Positions 9,830 to 19,116 are shown, counted from the stretch's first letter. The stretch: DNA of 64,000 bases from Dehalococcoidia bacterium (GCA_965249185.1 CBDFLS010000002.1:2004368-2068367), one strand, 5' to 3'. Notes: generated by a model not told the origin, from the letters alone. Numbers and translations are program-made.

Positions 9830-10126
9830 CCGAGCGTTCGGTTCCCCTGCTCTCAGGGGGTGGGTGGCGCAGGTTGCCACTCGCCTCTCGGGCGTGCGTA
9901 TGGCAGGGGATAGCTGGCGGTTCTCGTCTGAGGCTCGAGGCTCTTCGCGGTGGTTGCCGCGCGATGTAACGAGCCTGGCCGCCCATGTTGGCGTCATGCG
10001 TCTTGACACGCTTTCGTCGAGCGTGGTACAAGGCGGGGACTGTCGGTGAGAGCGCCCCGCAAATGTATGAAAAAGGTCTGAGATCAGAGACGGGGTCCAT
10101 CCGCATCCGGCGGTGGGCCCCACGCT

Positions 10127-10768
10127 TTGCTTCGGAGCGTTCAATCCAGGGAGAGAGCTGAAGTGCACCCAAAGAGGTTGCTCCTGGGGGGAGTGCTGCT
10201 GGCGATGGTGGCCGCGGCCTGTGGCGGAACACCCGCCGCTCCCACGGGATGCTTCGAGCCTGAGGGCGGTACCCTGGTGTCGGTGCCATGTCTGGAGACG
10301 GTCACCATCTACCTGGACGGACAGGGCGCCATGGACTTCGCCCTGAAGCTGGCGGACGAAGAACACCTCTTTGACGTGCGTGTGGTAGCTGGCGGCGAGG
10401 GGCCGGTGGCGCCGTCCACTGCTGAGGCCACCGTTGCTCCCACGCTGCCGCCGCTGGTGAAATGCCCAACCGGCGGCTCGCCGCAGGCCCTTGGCTGCGA
10501 GCTCTTCTCGTCGGCGCCCCCGCAGGCGTGCTCCATCTGCCACACCATCGACGGTCTGGCCTTCGGCCAGATAGGCCCGGACCTTACGCACGTCGGCGCC
10601 AAAGGCGAGACCTACATCCGCGAGTCCATCGCCAACCCCAACGCCGTCATCGCCGACGCGTGCCCCACGGGGCCCTGCCAGCCCGATGTGATGCCCCAGG
10701 ACTTTGGCACGGCACTCACCGCGGACCAGCTAAACGCCGTGGTCGCCTTCCTCTTGACGCTCAAGTAG
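10127..10768 (+). CDS. Monoheme c-type cytochrome, probable lipoprotein
   Basis: Single CxxCH heme site (CSICH), signal peptide with lipobox-like LAMVAAAC, and a distal Met region (DVMPQDF). The true start may be GTG near 10163. Confidence 0.75.
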   Translation: MLRSVQSRERAEVHPKRLLLGGVLLAMVAAACGGTPAAPTGCFEPEGGTLVSVPCLETVTIYLDGQGAMDFALKLADEEHLFDVRVVAGGEGPVAPSTAEATVAPTLPPLVKCPTGGSPQALGCELFSSAPPQACSICHTIDGLAFGQIGPDLTHVGAKGETYIRESIANPNAVIADACPTGPCQPDVMPQDFGTALTADQLNAVVAFLLTLK

Positions 10769-10879
10769 TCGCTCATCTCGATTGTGGGCCGCCGAGGCGA
10801 TCGCACACTGCTGATGTGTGAGGCCATGGAGGCATGTCAAAAGGCGCCCGCTCCGCGTCTCCGGTGAGGGTTTTCTCGC

Positions 10880-10928
10880 ATGGCGGGATGCCCTCGTATG
10901 GCGGGATGCCCCCGTATGGCGGGATGCC
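10880..10928. repeat. Direct repeats, 18 bp x 2.7 (ATGGCGGGATGCCCYCGT)
   Basis: 10880-10897, 10898-10915 (1 mismatch) and a partial copy at 10916-10928, about 85-130 bp upstream of the winged-helix regulator start. Confidence 0.9.
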
Positions 10929-11011
10929 AAAGAGGAGAGTACAATAACGCTCCTGTCCGCGGTGGCGAATGCGGCTACGAAACGGAGCATCGCAGGAAGC
11001 ATTTGGGGATA

Positions 11012-11935
11012 ATGACGCTGGCGGACACCGAGCGGCGGATGTTGCTGTTCCGGCTGACGGTGGTGGGGCTGGCTGCCCTGGGCCTCTGGTATTTCTTGCC
11101 GCAGCGCGGCGCGGCCGCCCCAATGGTGGGGAGTGGGGTAGGGGTCTACGTCGCCTACTCGCTGCTCATGATTCTGGTGCTCACGCCCCGGGTCCCCTCC
11201 CATGCGGCCGTCTACATTCTGGCGCTGGTCGACGTGGCGGCGCTGCTGGTGGTGCTCTACACGGCCCCGGACAGTCAAAGCACGCCTTTCGTTGCCATGG
11301 TGGTCCTGGTGGCCATCTACTACTCCTCCATGTACGGCTTCGGGCCGGGCGCCGCCGCCGCCGGCGTTCTGGGCGTCGGCTGTGCTATCGCCTACATGCA
11401 GTCGTCCAGCCCCATGGCTGGCGACCCGAGCAAGGCCATCAGCCTTTGGGTGCCCCTCATCGTGACGATGGCGATCATGGGCGGCTTTCTCCACCAGCTC
11501 AGAGAGGTGGAACCTCAAAAGGGCAGGGGGTTTTCGCTCCGAAGGCTCTTTGCTCTCGGTGGGACCCGGACGGCGTTGGAGGTCTCGGGGACTCCGCTGA
11601 TTCCGAGCGCACAGTCTCGCGAGCCGAAGCTTCGCCTGGGCAGCCTTCGTATCGACCGCGCCAGCGGTCAGGTGGTTATCGCCGGTACGCAGGTGCGCTT
11701 CTCGCCCACGGAGTTGCAGCTTCTGGATACCCTGGCCCAGCACGCGGGTCATACCATAGGACAGGAGCAGGTGCTGCGGGCGATCTGGGGTGAGTCGTAC
11801 CGGGGCGGCATGAATGTGGTGAATGTGACGGTCCACCGCTTGCGCCGGAAGCTGGAGCGCTGTGGGTACGCGGGTCTCGTCCTCACCGTGCGAGGTAAGG
11901 GCTATATACTGGACGCCGCACAGCTAGGCGCGTAG
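11012..11935 (+). CDS. Membrane-embedded OmpR/PhoB-type winged-helix regulator lacking a receiver domain
   Basis: N-terminal ~170 aa contain about 5 TM helices. The C-terminus is a trans_reg_C wHTH (FSPTELQLLDTLAQHAGHTIGQEQVLRAIWG...VNVTVHRLRRKLE...VRGKGYIL). Start uncertain: ATG 11012 is preferred over ATG 10880, which lies inside the repeats. Confidence 0.75.
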   Translation: MTLADTERRMLLFRLTVVGLAALGLWYFLPQRGAAAPMVGSGVGVYVAYSLLMILVLTPRVPSHAAVYILALVDVAALLVVLYTAPDSQSTPFVAMVVLVAIYYSSMYGFGPGAAAAGVLGVGCAIAYMQSSSPMAGDPSKAISLWVPLIVTMAIMGGFLHQLREVEPQKGRGFSLRRLFALGGTRTALEVSGTPLIPSAQSREPKLRLGSLRIDRASGQVVIAGTQVRFSPTELQLLDTLAQHAGHTIGQEQVLRAIWGESYRGGMNVVNVTVHRLRRKLERCGYAGLVLTVRGKGYILDAAQLGA

Positions 11936-12057
11936 GGGCCGCTTCCTGGGTCCCGTCCACCGGGCCTCGCCAGCTCCACGATTCCTCCTGTTTCGAGCCT
12001 TCGTCGCTCATCGGGCGAGCGGCGCGCCCGAGGGGTCCGCGGCTCCGCAAGCGCTCG

Positions 12058-12086
12058 TTGACCCGATGTGGGGCGAAACCTATACT
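12058..12086 (+). promoter_or_regulatory. Sigma70-like promoter of dnaN (TTGACC, 17-bp spacer, TATACT)
   Basis: Hexamers at 12058-12063 and 12081-12086 with an exact 17-bp spacer, 49 nt upstream of ATG 12135. Confidence 0.55.
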
Positions 12087-12134
12087 GTCTGGCGCATTTC
12101 CCTATCCACTTTCCCTATTCACCGAGGTATCGCC

Positions 12135-13268
12135 ATGCGCTTAACGTCTCTCCAGGAGAATCTGAACCGCGGCTTGGGTATCGTCGGCAGGGCCGTGGCC
12201 ACACGGACGACACTGCCTATCACGCAGCACGTACTGCTTGCCACCGATGGATCGCGGCTGAAGCTCTCCGCCACGAACTTGGAGATAGCCATCAGCACGT
12301 GGATAGGCGCGCAGGTGGAGGAGGAGGGGGAGATCACGGTGCCGGCCCGGCTGCTGACAGAGTTCGTCAGCTCCCTCTCCCATGACTCGGTGGAGCTGCA
12401 GACCACCGCCCAGGGCAAGGGGGTGGAGTTGAAGTGCGCCCGGGTTGAGGCGCACATCAACGGCGCCGACGCGAACGACTTCCCACCCATACCATCGGTG
12501 GAGCAGGGCATAGGAGTGCAGGTGGCATCCAAGGCGTTGCGCGAGGCGATTCACCAGGTGGCCTTCGCCGCCGCCACGGAGGACTCGCGCCCCGTGCTCA
12601 CCGGCGTGAACATGGAGCTGGACGGCGATCGGCTGACCCTGGCCGCCGCGGACGGCTTCCGGCTGGCGGTCCACCACACGAAGCTGGCCCAACCGGTCTC
12701 GGAGCCCTTCTCCGTCATCATCCCGGCCAGAACGCTGCTGGAGGTGGAACGGCTCCTGGACGAACAGGACGAGCCTGTGGACATCATGGTGACGCCCCAG
12801 AAGAGCCAGGCACTCTTCAAGATGAAGGACATCGAGGTGGTCTCACAGCTTATTCAGGGCACCTTTCCGAACTACTCACAACTCATCCCTCAGGGGCACA
12901 CGACCCGCGCCGTTGTCGGCCTTCAGGAGCTCCAGCGGGCGACCCGCACCGCGTCAATCTTCGCCAAGGATGGCGGCGGCATCATTCGGCTTCAGCTCAT
13001 CCCCGGTCAGGGTGGCATGGCGGGCAGGCTCGTCATCTCGTCGAGGGCCGAAGAGGTGGGCGATAACACGGGCGACGTGGAGGCGCAGATCGAGGGGGAC
13101 GAGGGCAAAATCGCCTTCAACAGCAGGTATCTGGCGGAGGTCTTCACGGTGCTCGATAAGGAGCAGGTGGCGTTGGAGATGAGCGCCTCTTCCAGCCCCG
13201 GCGTGATCCGGCCGGTGAACGACGACAACTACATCCACGTCATCATGCCCATGTTCGTGCAATGGTAG
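12135..13268 (+). CDS. dnaN: DNA polymerase III beta sliding clamp
   Basis: Three-domain clamp pattern: MRLTSLQENLNRGL, LLATDGSRLKLSATNLEIAI, RPVLTGVNMEL, AAADGFRLAV, MPMFVQW C-terminus. Confidence 0.95.
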   Translation: MRLTSLQENLNRGLGIVGRAVATRTTLPITQHVLLATDGSRLKLSATNLEIAISTWIGAQVEEEGEITVPARLLTEFVSSLSHDSVELQTTAQGKGVELKCARVEAHINGADANDFPPIPSVEQGIGVQVASKALREAIHQVAFAAATEDSRPVLTGVNMELDGDRLTLAAADGFRLAVHHTKLAQPVSEPFSVIIPARTLLEVERLLDEQDEPVDIMVTPQKSQALFKMKDIEVVSQLIQGTFPNYSQLIPQGHTTRAVVGLQELQRATRTASIFAKDGGGIIRLQLIPGQGGMAGRLVISSRAEEVGDNTGDVEAQIEGDEGKIAFNSRYLAEVFTVLDKEQVALEMSASSSPGVIRPVNDDNYIHVIMPMFVQW

Positions 13269-13314
13269 GTGGGTGCTTTATGCGGCAGGCGAAGAAAGTT
13301 ACGGAAGGTAGTGG

Positions 13315-13551
13315 ATGCCGACCATCCTGCATGTCGGGCCGTACCGGTTCATCTTTTATGCTGGCGACCGGGATGAGCCAGAACACGTTCATGTTGAGCG
13401 AGACGACAACGTGGCAAAATTCTGGCTAGACCCGATTCGGCTGGAGCGGAGCGGTGGGTTCGGTCGGCCCGAGATGAGGAGTATTCAGCGGATTGTGGAG
13501 GAGCATCGCTCCGCGTTGCTGGAGGCTTGGCATGACTACTTCCAAGGTTGA
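13315..13551 (+). CDS. DUF4160-family protein
   Basis: ILHVGPYRFIFYAGDRDEPEHVHVERDD matches my recollection of DUF4160. It overlaps the next gene by 20 nt. Confidence 0.7.
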   Translation: MPTILHVGPYRFIFYAGDRDEPEHVHVERDDNVAKFWLDPIRLERSGGFGRPEMRSIQRIVEEHRSALLEAWHDYFQG

Positions 13552-13834
13552 GATCAAGGTTCCAGACGCAATAGGGGTGGCGGTCACCGACGAGGCACTA
13601 ACGGTGGAGCTGAACGATGGCAGGGCCATTTCGGTGCCACTGGCTTGGTATCCCAGGCTCTTGCACGCCACGCCAGATGAGCGGGGCCAATGGCGATTGA
13701 TAGGTGAGGGCCAAGGCATCCACTGGGAGGGCCTGGACGAGGATATCAGCGTGGAAGGCTTGCTAGCTGGGCGCCATTCCGGAGAAAGCCAGGCCTCTTT
13801 AAAGCGCTGGCTGGCGGGGAGAGTCCAGGGGTAG
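13532..13834 (+). CDS. DUF2442-family protein
   Basis: LTVELNDGRAISVPLAWYPRLLHATPDERGQWRLIGEGQGIHWEGLDEDISVEGLL is typical of DUF2442. Paired with DUF4160 upstream. Confidence 0.7.
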   Translation: MTTSKVEIKVPDAIGVAVTDEALTVELNDGRAISVPLAWYPRLLHATPDERGQWRLIGEGQGIHWEGLDEDISVEGLLAGRHSGESQASLKRWLAGRVQG

Positions 13835-13987
13835 GAAATACCAGTGTTCGTTCAGTGGTAGGGTTGAACGCGCGCTGAGGTACACTACTTCCCAAACTCT
13901 TCCCGTAGCCGACCACCACCAAGCGGTGCCCAGTTAGATGGACTGCGACCATAGAGTTGGCTAGAATGAAGCTCTGGGGGGTCTGCA

Positions 13988-14203
13988 GTGCATAATGAAT
14001 TCACGGCCATCATAGAGAGAGACGGCCAGTGGTACATCGCCTACTGTCCTGAGATCCCAGGCGCAAACGGGCAGGGCATGACCAAGGAGGAAGCCCGTGA
14101 AAGTCTGGGTGAGGCCATTGCACTCATCCTCGAGGACCGTCGGGAAGATGGCTTGCGCGGAGTACCTCCAGATGCCATCCGTGAGACAGTCGTCATCACT
14201 TGA
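13988..14203 (+). CDS. hicB: HicB-family antitoxin (type II TA)
   Basis: FTAIIERDGQWYIAYCPEIPGANGQGMTKEEARESLGEAI is a HicB/UPF0150-like fold. GTG start; 4-nt overlap (TTGA) with hicA. Confidence 0.75.
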   Translation: MHNEFTAIIERDGQWYIAYCPEIPGANGQGMTKEEARESLGEAIALILEDRREDGLRGVPPDAIRETVVIT

Positions 14204-14418
14204 AGCGAAGTGGTTTGCTCCGCCACCTTCGTAGGCACGGTTGCTATCTCAAACGAGAGAGCGGTGTCCACTCTTTGTGGTGGAACCCGACCACCGGCGC
14301 CGTAGAGGCCGTGCCTCGGCATTCCGAAATCCCGGATCGGCTCGCAAGTAAGATTTGCCGAAACCTTTCGGTGCCAATGGTCGGCCAGAGGTCGAAAGGA
14401 AGTAGCAGCGGGGTCTAG
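14200..14418 (+). CDS. hicA: HicA-family mRNA interferase toxin
   Basis: LLRHLRRHGCYLKRESGVHSLWWNPTTGAVEAVPRHSEIPDRLASKICRNL is a HicA signature. TTG start. Confidence 0.75.
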   Translation: MKRSGLLRHLRRHGCYLKRESGVHSLWWNPTTGAVEAVPRHSEIPDRLASKICRNLSVPMVGQRSKGSSSGV

Positions 14419-14519
14419 GCTACCGGAATAGCCTGCTTACGGAGCTGCGCCAGGCTGGGGCATACCGCGTCGTGGAAACCCGGCACGCCATCATCCCCTA
14501 CAGCGCTATGATTGAGCTA

Positions 14520-15364
14520 GGGTATAGTCCCAAAACAGCCACCTGTGAGAGAATGGTGGCATGGGACGGAAGATTGGGTGCCCTCGATGTCAACACGCCA
14601 AGAGCTGGAGCATTCGGCGAGGTAAGAGTCGTTGTGCAGCCTGCCACTACGAGTGGGTGCCCAGGGCGCTGCCGCTTCGGTTGTCGCCAGGGGAGTGGCG
14701 GCGACTGTTGCGCTGGTTCGTCTTGGGGCAGAGTGCCGAGGTGATTGCCCAGGAGGCCCGCCTGGAGCGAAAGCGAGTCCTGCGCGCCCTGATCGTGGTG
14801 CGCCAGGCCATGGTCCGGGACGTTCCCCATGTCTTCTCCGGCGTGGTGGAGGTCGACGAGACCTACCTGGGAGGTTCCTGGCGCAACAGGCGCCTGGCAA
14901 AGCGTGTTCAGGGCACGAAGCGGGGCCGTGGAACCACTAAGCAAGCTGTCTTTGGGATCCTGTGTCGAGGTGGCCTGGTGTGGGCGCAAGTGGTACCTAA
15001 CGTGGAAGCCAAGACGCTGCTGCCGCTCCTGCACCAACGCGTGCAACGTGGCTCCATCGTCTGCTCGGACACCTTTACCAGCTACACGGGCGTCGCAGCG
15101 GGGGGCTACGTCCACCGGCTTGTGGACCACAGCCAGGCGTTCAGCGATCGGCAAGGGAGCCACGTCAACGGCTTGGAGGGCTTCTGGGGTTATCTCAAGC
15201 GGCGTCTGGCAGCCAAAGGGGGAGTCCGCCGAGAACGGCTGCCCCTCTATCTTGCTGAGTATGTCTGGCGCTACAATCATCGGCGTCTGTTGGGACCAGA
15301 ACAGGTTAAGACATTGTTCAAGCTGCTTCAAAGCTAATCCGGTGGCTAAAACGGGACTTTACCC
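14520..15364 (+). mobile_element. IS1595-family insertion sequence, copy 1 (845 bp)
   Basis: Terminal inverted repeats GGGTATAGTCCC / GGGTAAAGTCCC, perfect 8-bp target duplication TTGAGCTA (14512-14519 and 15365-15372), single transposase ORF. Confidence 0.9.
14561..15337 (+). CDS. IS1595-family (ISXO2-like) transposase
   Basis: N-terminal zinc ribbon (CPRC...CAAC) and DDE domain (VEVDETYLGG, CSDTFTSY, NGLEGFWGYLKRRL). Confidence 0.9.
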   Translation: MGRKIGCPRCQHAKSWSIRRGKSRCAACHYEWVPRALPLRLSPGEWRRLLRWFVLGQSAEVIAQEARLERKRVLRALIVVRQAMVRDVPHVFSGVVEVDETYLGGSWRNRRLAKRVQGTKRGRGTTKQAVFGILCRGGLVWAQVVPNVEAKTLLPLLHQRVQRGSIVCSDTFTSYTGVAAGGYVHRLVDHSQAFSDRQGSHVNGLEGFWGYLKRRLAAKGGVRRERLPLYLAEYVWRYNHRRLLGPEQVKTLFKLLQS

Positions 15365-15452
15365 TTGAGCTATCATGCCTGTGTTCGTGCAGCGAGCGCT
15401 GCACTCGTGGGCCGGGGCAGCCGCACCAACCCCCGGTCTAGGAGGGGCCGGC

Positions 15453-16658
15453 ATGCCCGCACCGCTTGACGGCATCACCGTTCTCGACCTGACCATCTAC
15501 GCCAACGGCCCCTGGGCCACCGTGATGCTCTCCGACATGGGGGCCGAGGTCATCAAGATCGAGCGCCCCATCCACGGCGATCCGGGTCGTCATATGTGGA
15601 TGCTGGGCTCCCCTCGGCGGCCCGTCAATGCCTTCTTCGAGACGAACAACCGCAACAAGAAGAGCGTCACTCTGGACCTGAAGAGTCCGGAGGGGCTGGA
15701 AATCTTCCACGCCTTAGCCAAAAACGCAGATGTCGTTACCCACAGCTTCCGCACGGGCGTGGTGGAGCGGCTGGGCGTCGATTACGAGACGGTGAGGCGC
15801 TACAACCCGAGAATTGTGTACGCGGCGGCCTCCGGGTGGGGCTCCAAGGGGCCGGATGCTCGTGACGGCGTCTACGACCTGGTGGGCCAGGCGCGCTCCG
15901 GCCTTATAGCCATGCTCTCGGCCGGCGAGCCGCAGGTGGCCTACAGAGGCGCCGGCACCATCGTCGACCAGATAGGCGGGGTGCTCTTGGCCCAGGGCAT
16001 CCTGCTGGGTATCATCGCTCGCGACCGGTACGGAGTCGGCCAGCATATCGAGGTCCCTCAGCTAGGGGCCGCGATGCTCCTTCAGGCGCAGGCGCTCAAT
16101 GCCTACCTCTTCAACGGTGACCCGCCGAGGGGCGGTCCGGAGAAGCGGAGCGGCTCTCCTCTCTTCAACGTCTACCGCTGCGGCGATGGCCGCTGGCTCG
16201 CCGTGGGCTTTATCCAGTCGCTGGAGCACCGGTGGTCGGACGTGTGTCACGCTCTCGGCCTGGAACACCTCATCGACGACCCGCGGTACACCGAGATCGA
16301 GAACGACACCCAGGATGCGCGGGAGCTCACCGCGCTGTTCGACCGGACCTTCGCAACCAAGCCTCGCGACGAGTGGCTGGCAATCCTCAAGGCGCACCGA
16401 GCGGTATGCTCCCCGGTCCAGGACTACGAAGAGCTCACCACCGATCCTCAGGTCATCGCCAACGAGTACCTCGCCGAGTTGCCCTATGCGGGCGGGGGAA
16501 CGATAAGAGAGGTAGGGGTGCCCATCAAGATGAGCGAGACCCCTGGGGCAGCCCGCGCTTCCGCCCCGGAGCTCGGTCAGCACACCCAGGAGGTGCTGGC
16601 GGAGCTCAGCTATACCGTCGCGAAGATCGCCGCGCTGAGGGACAAGGGCGTTATCTGA
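15453..16658 (+). CDS. Family III CoA-transferase (CaiB/BaiF type)
   Basis: ITVLDLTIYANGPWATVMLSDMGAEVIKIE N-terminus; 401 aa. ATG 15453 is preceded by GGAGG. IS copy 1 ends 88 bp upstream. Confidence 0.9.
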   Translation: MPAPLDGITVLDLTIYANGPWATVMLSDMGAEVIKIERPIHGDPGRHMWMLGSPRRPVNAFFETNNRNKKSVTLDLKSPEGLEIFHALAKNADVVTHSFRTGVVERLGVDYETVRRYNPRIVYAAASGWGSKGPDARDGVYDLVGQARSGLIAMLSAGEPQVAYRGAGTIVDQIGGVLLAQGILLGIIARDRYGVGQHIEVPQLGAAMLLQAQALNAYLFNGDPPRGGPEKRSGSPLFNVYRCGDGRWLAVGFIQSLEHRWSDVCHALGLEHLIDDPRYTEIENDTQDARELTALFDRTFATKPRDEWLAILKAHRAVCSPVQDYEELTTDPQVIANEYLAELPYAGGGTIREVGVPIKMSETPGAARASAPELGQHTQEVLAELSYTVAKIAALRDKGVI

Positions 16659-17137
16659 CGAGGGCCATCGGACGGGTACGCACATGAGCTTGCCCGACAG
16701 CGTTCGGGGTTGGCAAGCGGCAGGCGACCATCCCGCCTACTTGGGTTAGTCTGTGCGCGCAAGCTGCATATGCCGCCAACGCGCATGCCGGAAGGGTTGA
16801 CCCGTGCACATCGCCAAGGAATAATGAGATGAGAATTATTGTCATTCCCATAGGAATCCTACGTTGCGGGCCCAAGTGGTGAGCCGGAATACCCAGCCGC
16901 TGGCGGCGCTGGTAGGAATTTCCCAGCAGCCGGGCAGCACAGGTGCGCCATCGCCGCATCCACCACTATCACCCGGTGAGTACCAAGAATTAGAGCCCGC
17001 ATCCTGGGTCCCGTTTCATTTTCGAGGAGTAATCGGCTTGGCGTATAGGGGATAGGCGAAGAGAAAAGTCCTCCGACTGCGGGACGGGTCGGGCTTGGGG
17101 TTGGAGCAACGCCGGTATCGCCCACGGAAGCGACACG

Positions 17138-17467
17138 ATGGTTACACAAAGAGAGAATTCCTTCGAACAGCGGGTCAGCAAGGTGCTCCAGGAGGTTGGG
17201 TTCATCACCGCCGACCAGATTGAGCGAGCCCGTGAGGTAAGCCAGCAGAAGGGGGCTGGGCTCCTGGACACCATCGTGGCCCAGGGCATGGTGGCCCGGG
17301 AGACCCTGGTGACGGTGCTCAGCTTCCAGCTCCGGGTCCCCTTGTGGATCTGAAGCACGCCGAGGTGGACCCCGAGGCCGTGCGGCTCGTGAGCGAGGAG
17401 TACGCGGTCGAGCACGAGGTGCTTCCCGTGGGCTTCGACGCCGATGGCTCCCTGCGGGTCGCCACGC
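17138..17467 (+). pseudogene. Remnant of a GspE/PilB-type secretion ATPase (N-terminal T2SSE_N repeats only)
   Basis: VLQEVGFITADQIERAREVSQQKGAGLLDTIV...LRVPL then, after a 1-nt frameshift near 17344-17346, VDLKHAEVDPEAVRLVSEEYAVEHEVLPVGFDADGSLRVA. Homology and high GC both stop near 17467, and the ATPase domain is absent. Confidence 0.7.
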
Positions 17468-18185
17468 TAATAACGAATAATCTTCAGAGGATTGATTGCG
17501 GATGGGGACATAGGAACGAAATATTTACGGGCTCCCTGGAGCTTTGCGGCTTATGGGTTTTCTCTACGCTGTCCGAGTGGACCCCTGGGTAGTTATCCCC
17601 CGGAGTGGGAGTGAGGCGTGTGATGTATGCTATAGTCTACAGTTATCTGATCTGACACAGACTGCTTAGCAGCTTAGATTAGTAGGGTTGGCTCGATTGT
17701 CGGCACGATTCAGTGTGCCAACTGGTTTCTCATCAATTCGGCTCAGGTAGTCGGCATTTAGGATTAGGCAACGAATTTGAAATGCATAGTTCTCGCCCGA
17801 GCTATCAATGAACCAGGCTTGGTTGTCGACTATGTCAGTTCCGACGGCTGTGAGGGCTGTGCGTGAATGGGTCTGAGCCGGTAGAGGTTCGGCCGTTTGT
17901 TCGGGGTGCCGTGTTGGTTGAGCGCTTAGTGCTGGGAACTCACTTGATGGAGAGCATTGGGCGGATCATTTGCGGCAGTGACCAGAGTACCCCGAATGCT
18001 CATCATCCGGAAAAACTGTTTGTAAGTAGTGCATCCGTAGTCGGAAAGCCAGAGTTCGCTTTTCAGGTAGTACAGAACCTCAAAAACTCGGTGTTGGAGC
18101 TGAGGTCCCTACGGAAGTATCCCTCAAAATGTCCAGCCCAAACCGGGTCGGCAACATCGATCTAACCATCAGAGGGCTGTGATCT

Positions 18186-18980
18186 ATGGTGGCCGCCATC
18201 GCCTTTCTGCTGGGCGCTTCTGTGGGAAGCTTCCAGAATGTGGTGGCCGACCGGCTCCCCACGGGCCAGTCCCTTGTGACACCCCGCTCCCACTGCCCCG
18301 TCTGCGAGACCACCCTTCGCTTCTTGGACATGGTGCCCATCCTCAGCTATCTGTGGCTGCGGAGTAGATGCCGCTCCTGCGGCGTCGTGATCCCAGCGCG
18401 TTTGATGGCCATGGAGGCAGCGACCGCACTTCTTTTCCTCTCCTTTTTTCTCTGGTCGGGCCTGAGCGTCGAAGCTTTGGCCCTCTCTCTGGTTGGCTCT
18501 CTGTTCCTCCTGATCGCCATCATCGATATGGAGCATGGGCTGGTTCTGAACCGCGTCGTGTTTCCTAGCTTGGTGGGCGCCCTCATCCTGGCCCCATTTT
18601 GGACTACACTTGGGCTCTCCAGACCATTGTTGGGGAGCCACGGCATCCTGGCCTCTCTCCTCAATTCGCTGGCCGCAGGGGTGGGCGGGTTTCTTATCTT
18701 TCTTATCATCGTTCTCCTGTTCCCGAAGGGGATAGGGTGGGGTGATGTTAAACTAGCTGGCCTCATAGGATTGCTCGTGGGCTTTCCCGGAGGCATAGTC
18801 GCCTTGTGGATCGCGGCGGTTGCCGGTGGTCTGGTGGGAGGCTTCCTTGTCCTGCTGCACAAGAAGGGCAGGAAAAATGCGCTTCCCTTCGTTCCCTTCA
18901 TGACCCTGGGCGCGATTACCGCCCTTCCAGCGGGGAGAGATCTCCTCTTCGGATTCTTAAATCTTTTCGGCAAGGTGTAA
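18186..18980 (+). CDS. pilD: Prepilin peptidase (A24 family)
   Basis: N-terminal Cys pairs CPVC...CRSC and a multi-TM domain with the GWGDVKL aspartate motif. Confidence 0.85.
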   Translation: MVAAIAFLLGASVGSFQNVVADRLPTGQSLVTPRSHCPVCETTLRFLDMVPILSYLWLRSRCRSCGVVIPARLMAMEAATALLFLSFFLWSGLSVEALALSLVGSLFLLIAIIDMEHGLVLNRVVFPSLVGALILAPFWTTLGLSRPLLGSHGILASLLNSLAAGVGGFLIFLIIVLLFPKGIGWGDVKLAGLIGLLVGFPGGIVALWIAAVAGGLVGGFLVLLHKKGRKNALPFVPFMTLGAITALPAGRDLLFGFLNLFGKV

Positions 18981-19116
18981 TCGACTTGTAGGGGGTACGT
19001 CAGGCTGCGCGGAACTCGATAGCCCATGGTTGAAGAGGCGCACTCTTCCTTGCAGACGTTCTGACCTAGGACCGGTCTACCAAAAGGCGATCGAAGTGGT
19101 GTGCCGCGAGAAGGGC

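Noticed and set aside
10880-11011. ATG 10880 as the start of the wHTH regulator (N-terminal MAGCPRMAGCPRMAGCQ)
   Set aside because: The extension is just the translation of the 18-bp DNA repeats followed by a non-hydrophobic junk-like segment. The hydrophobic domain starts right after ATG 11012. This remains uncertain.
11936-12134. Chromosomal replication origin upstream of dnaN
   Set aside because: Only two imperfect DnaA-box-like decamers are present, with no AT-rich unwinding element and no dnaA nearby. Evidence is insufficient.
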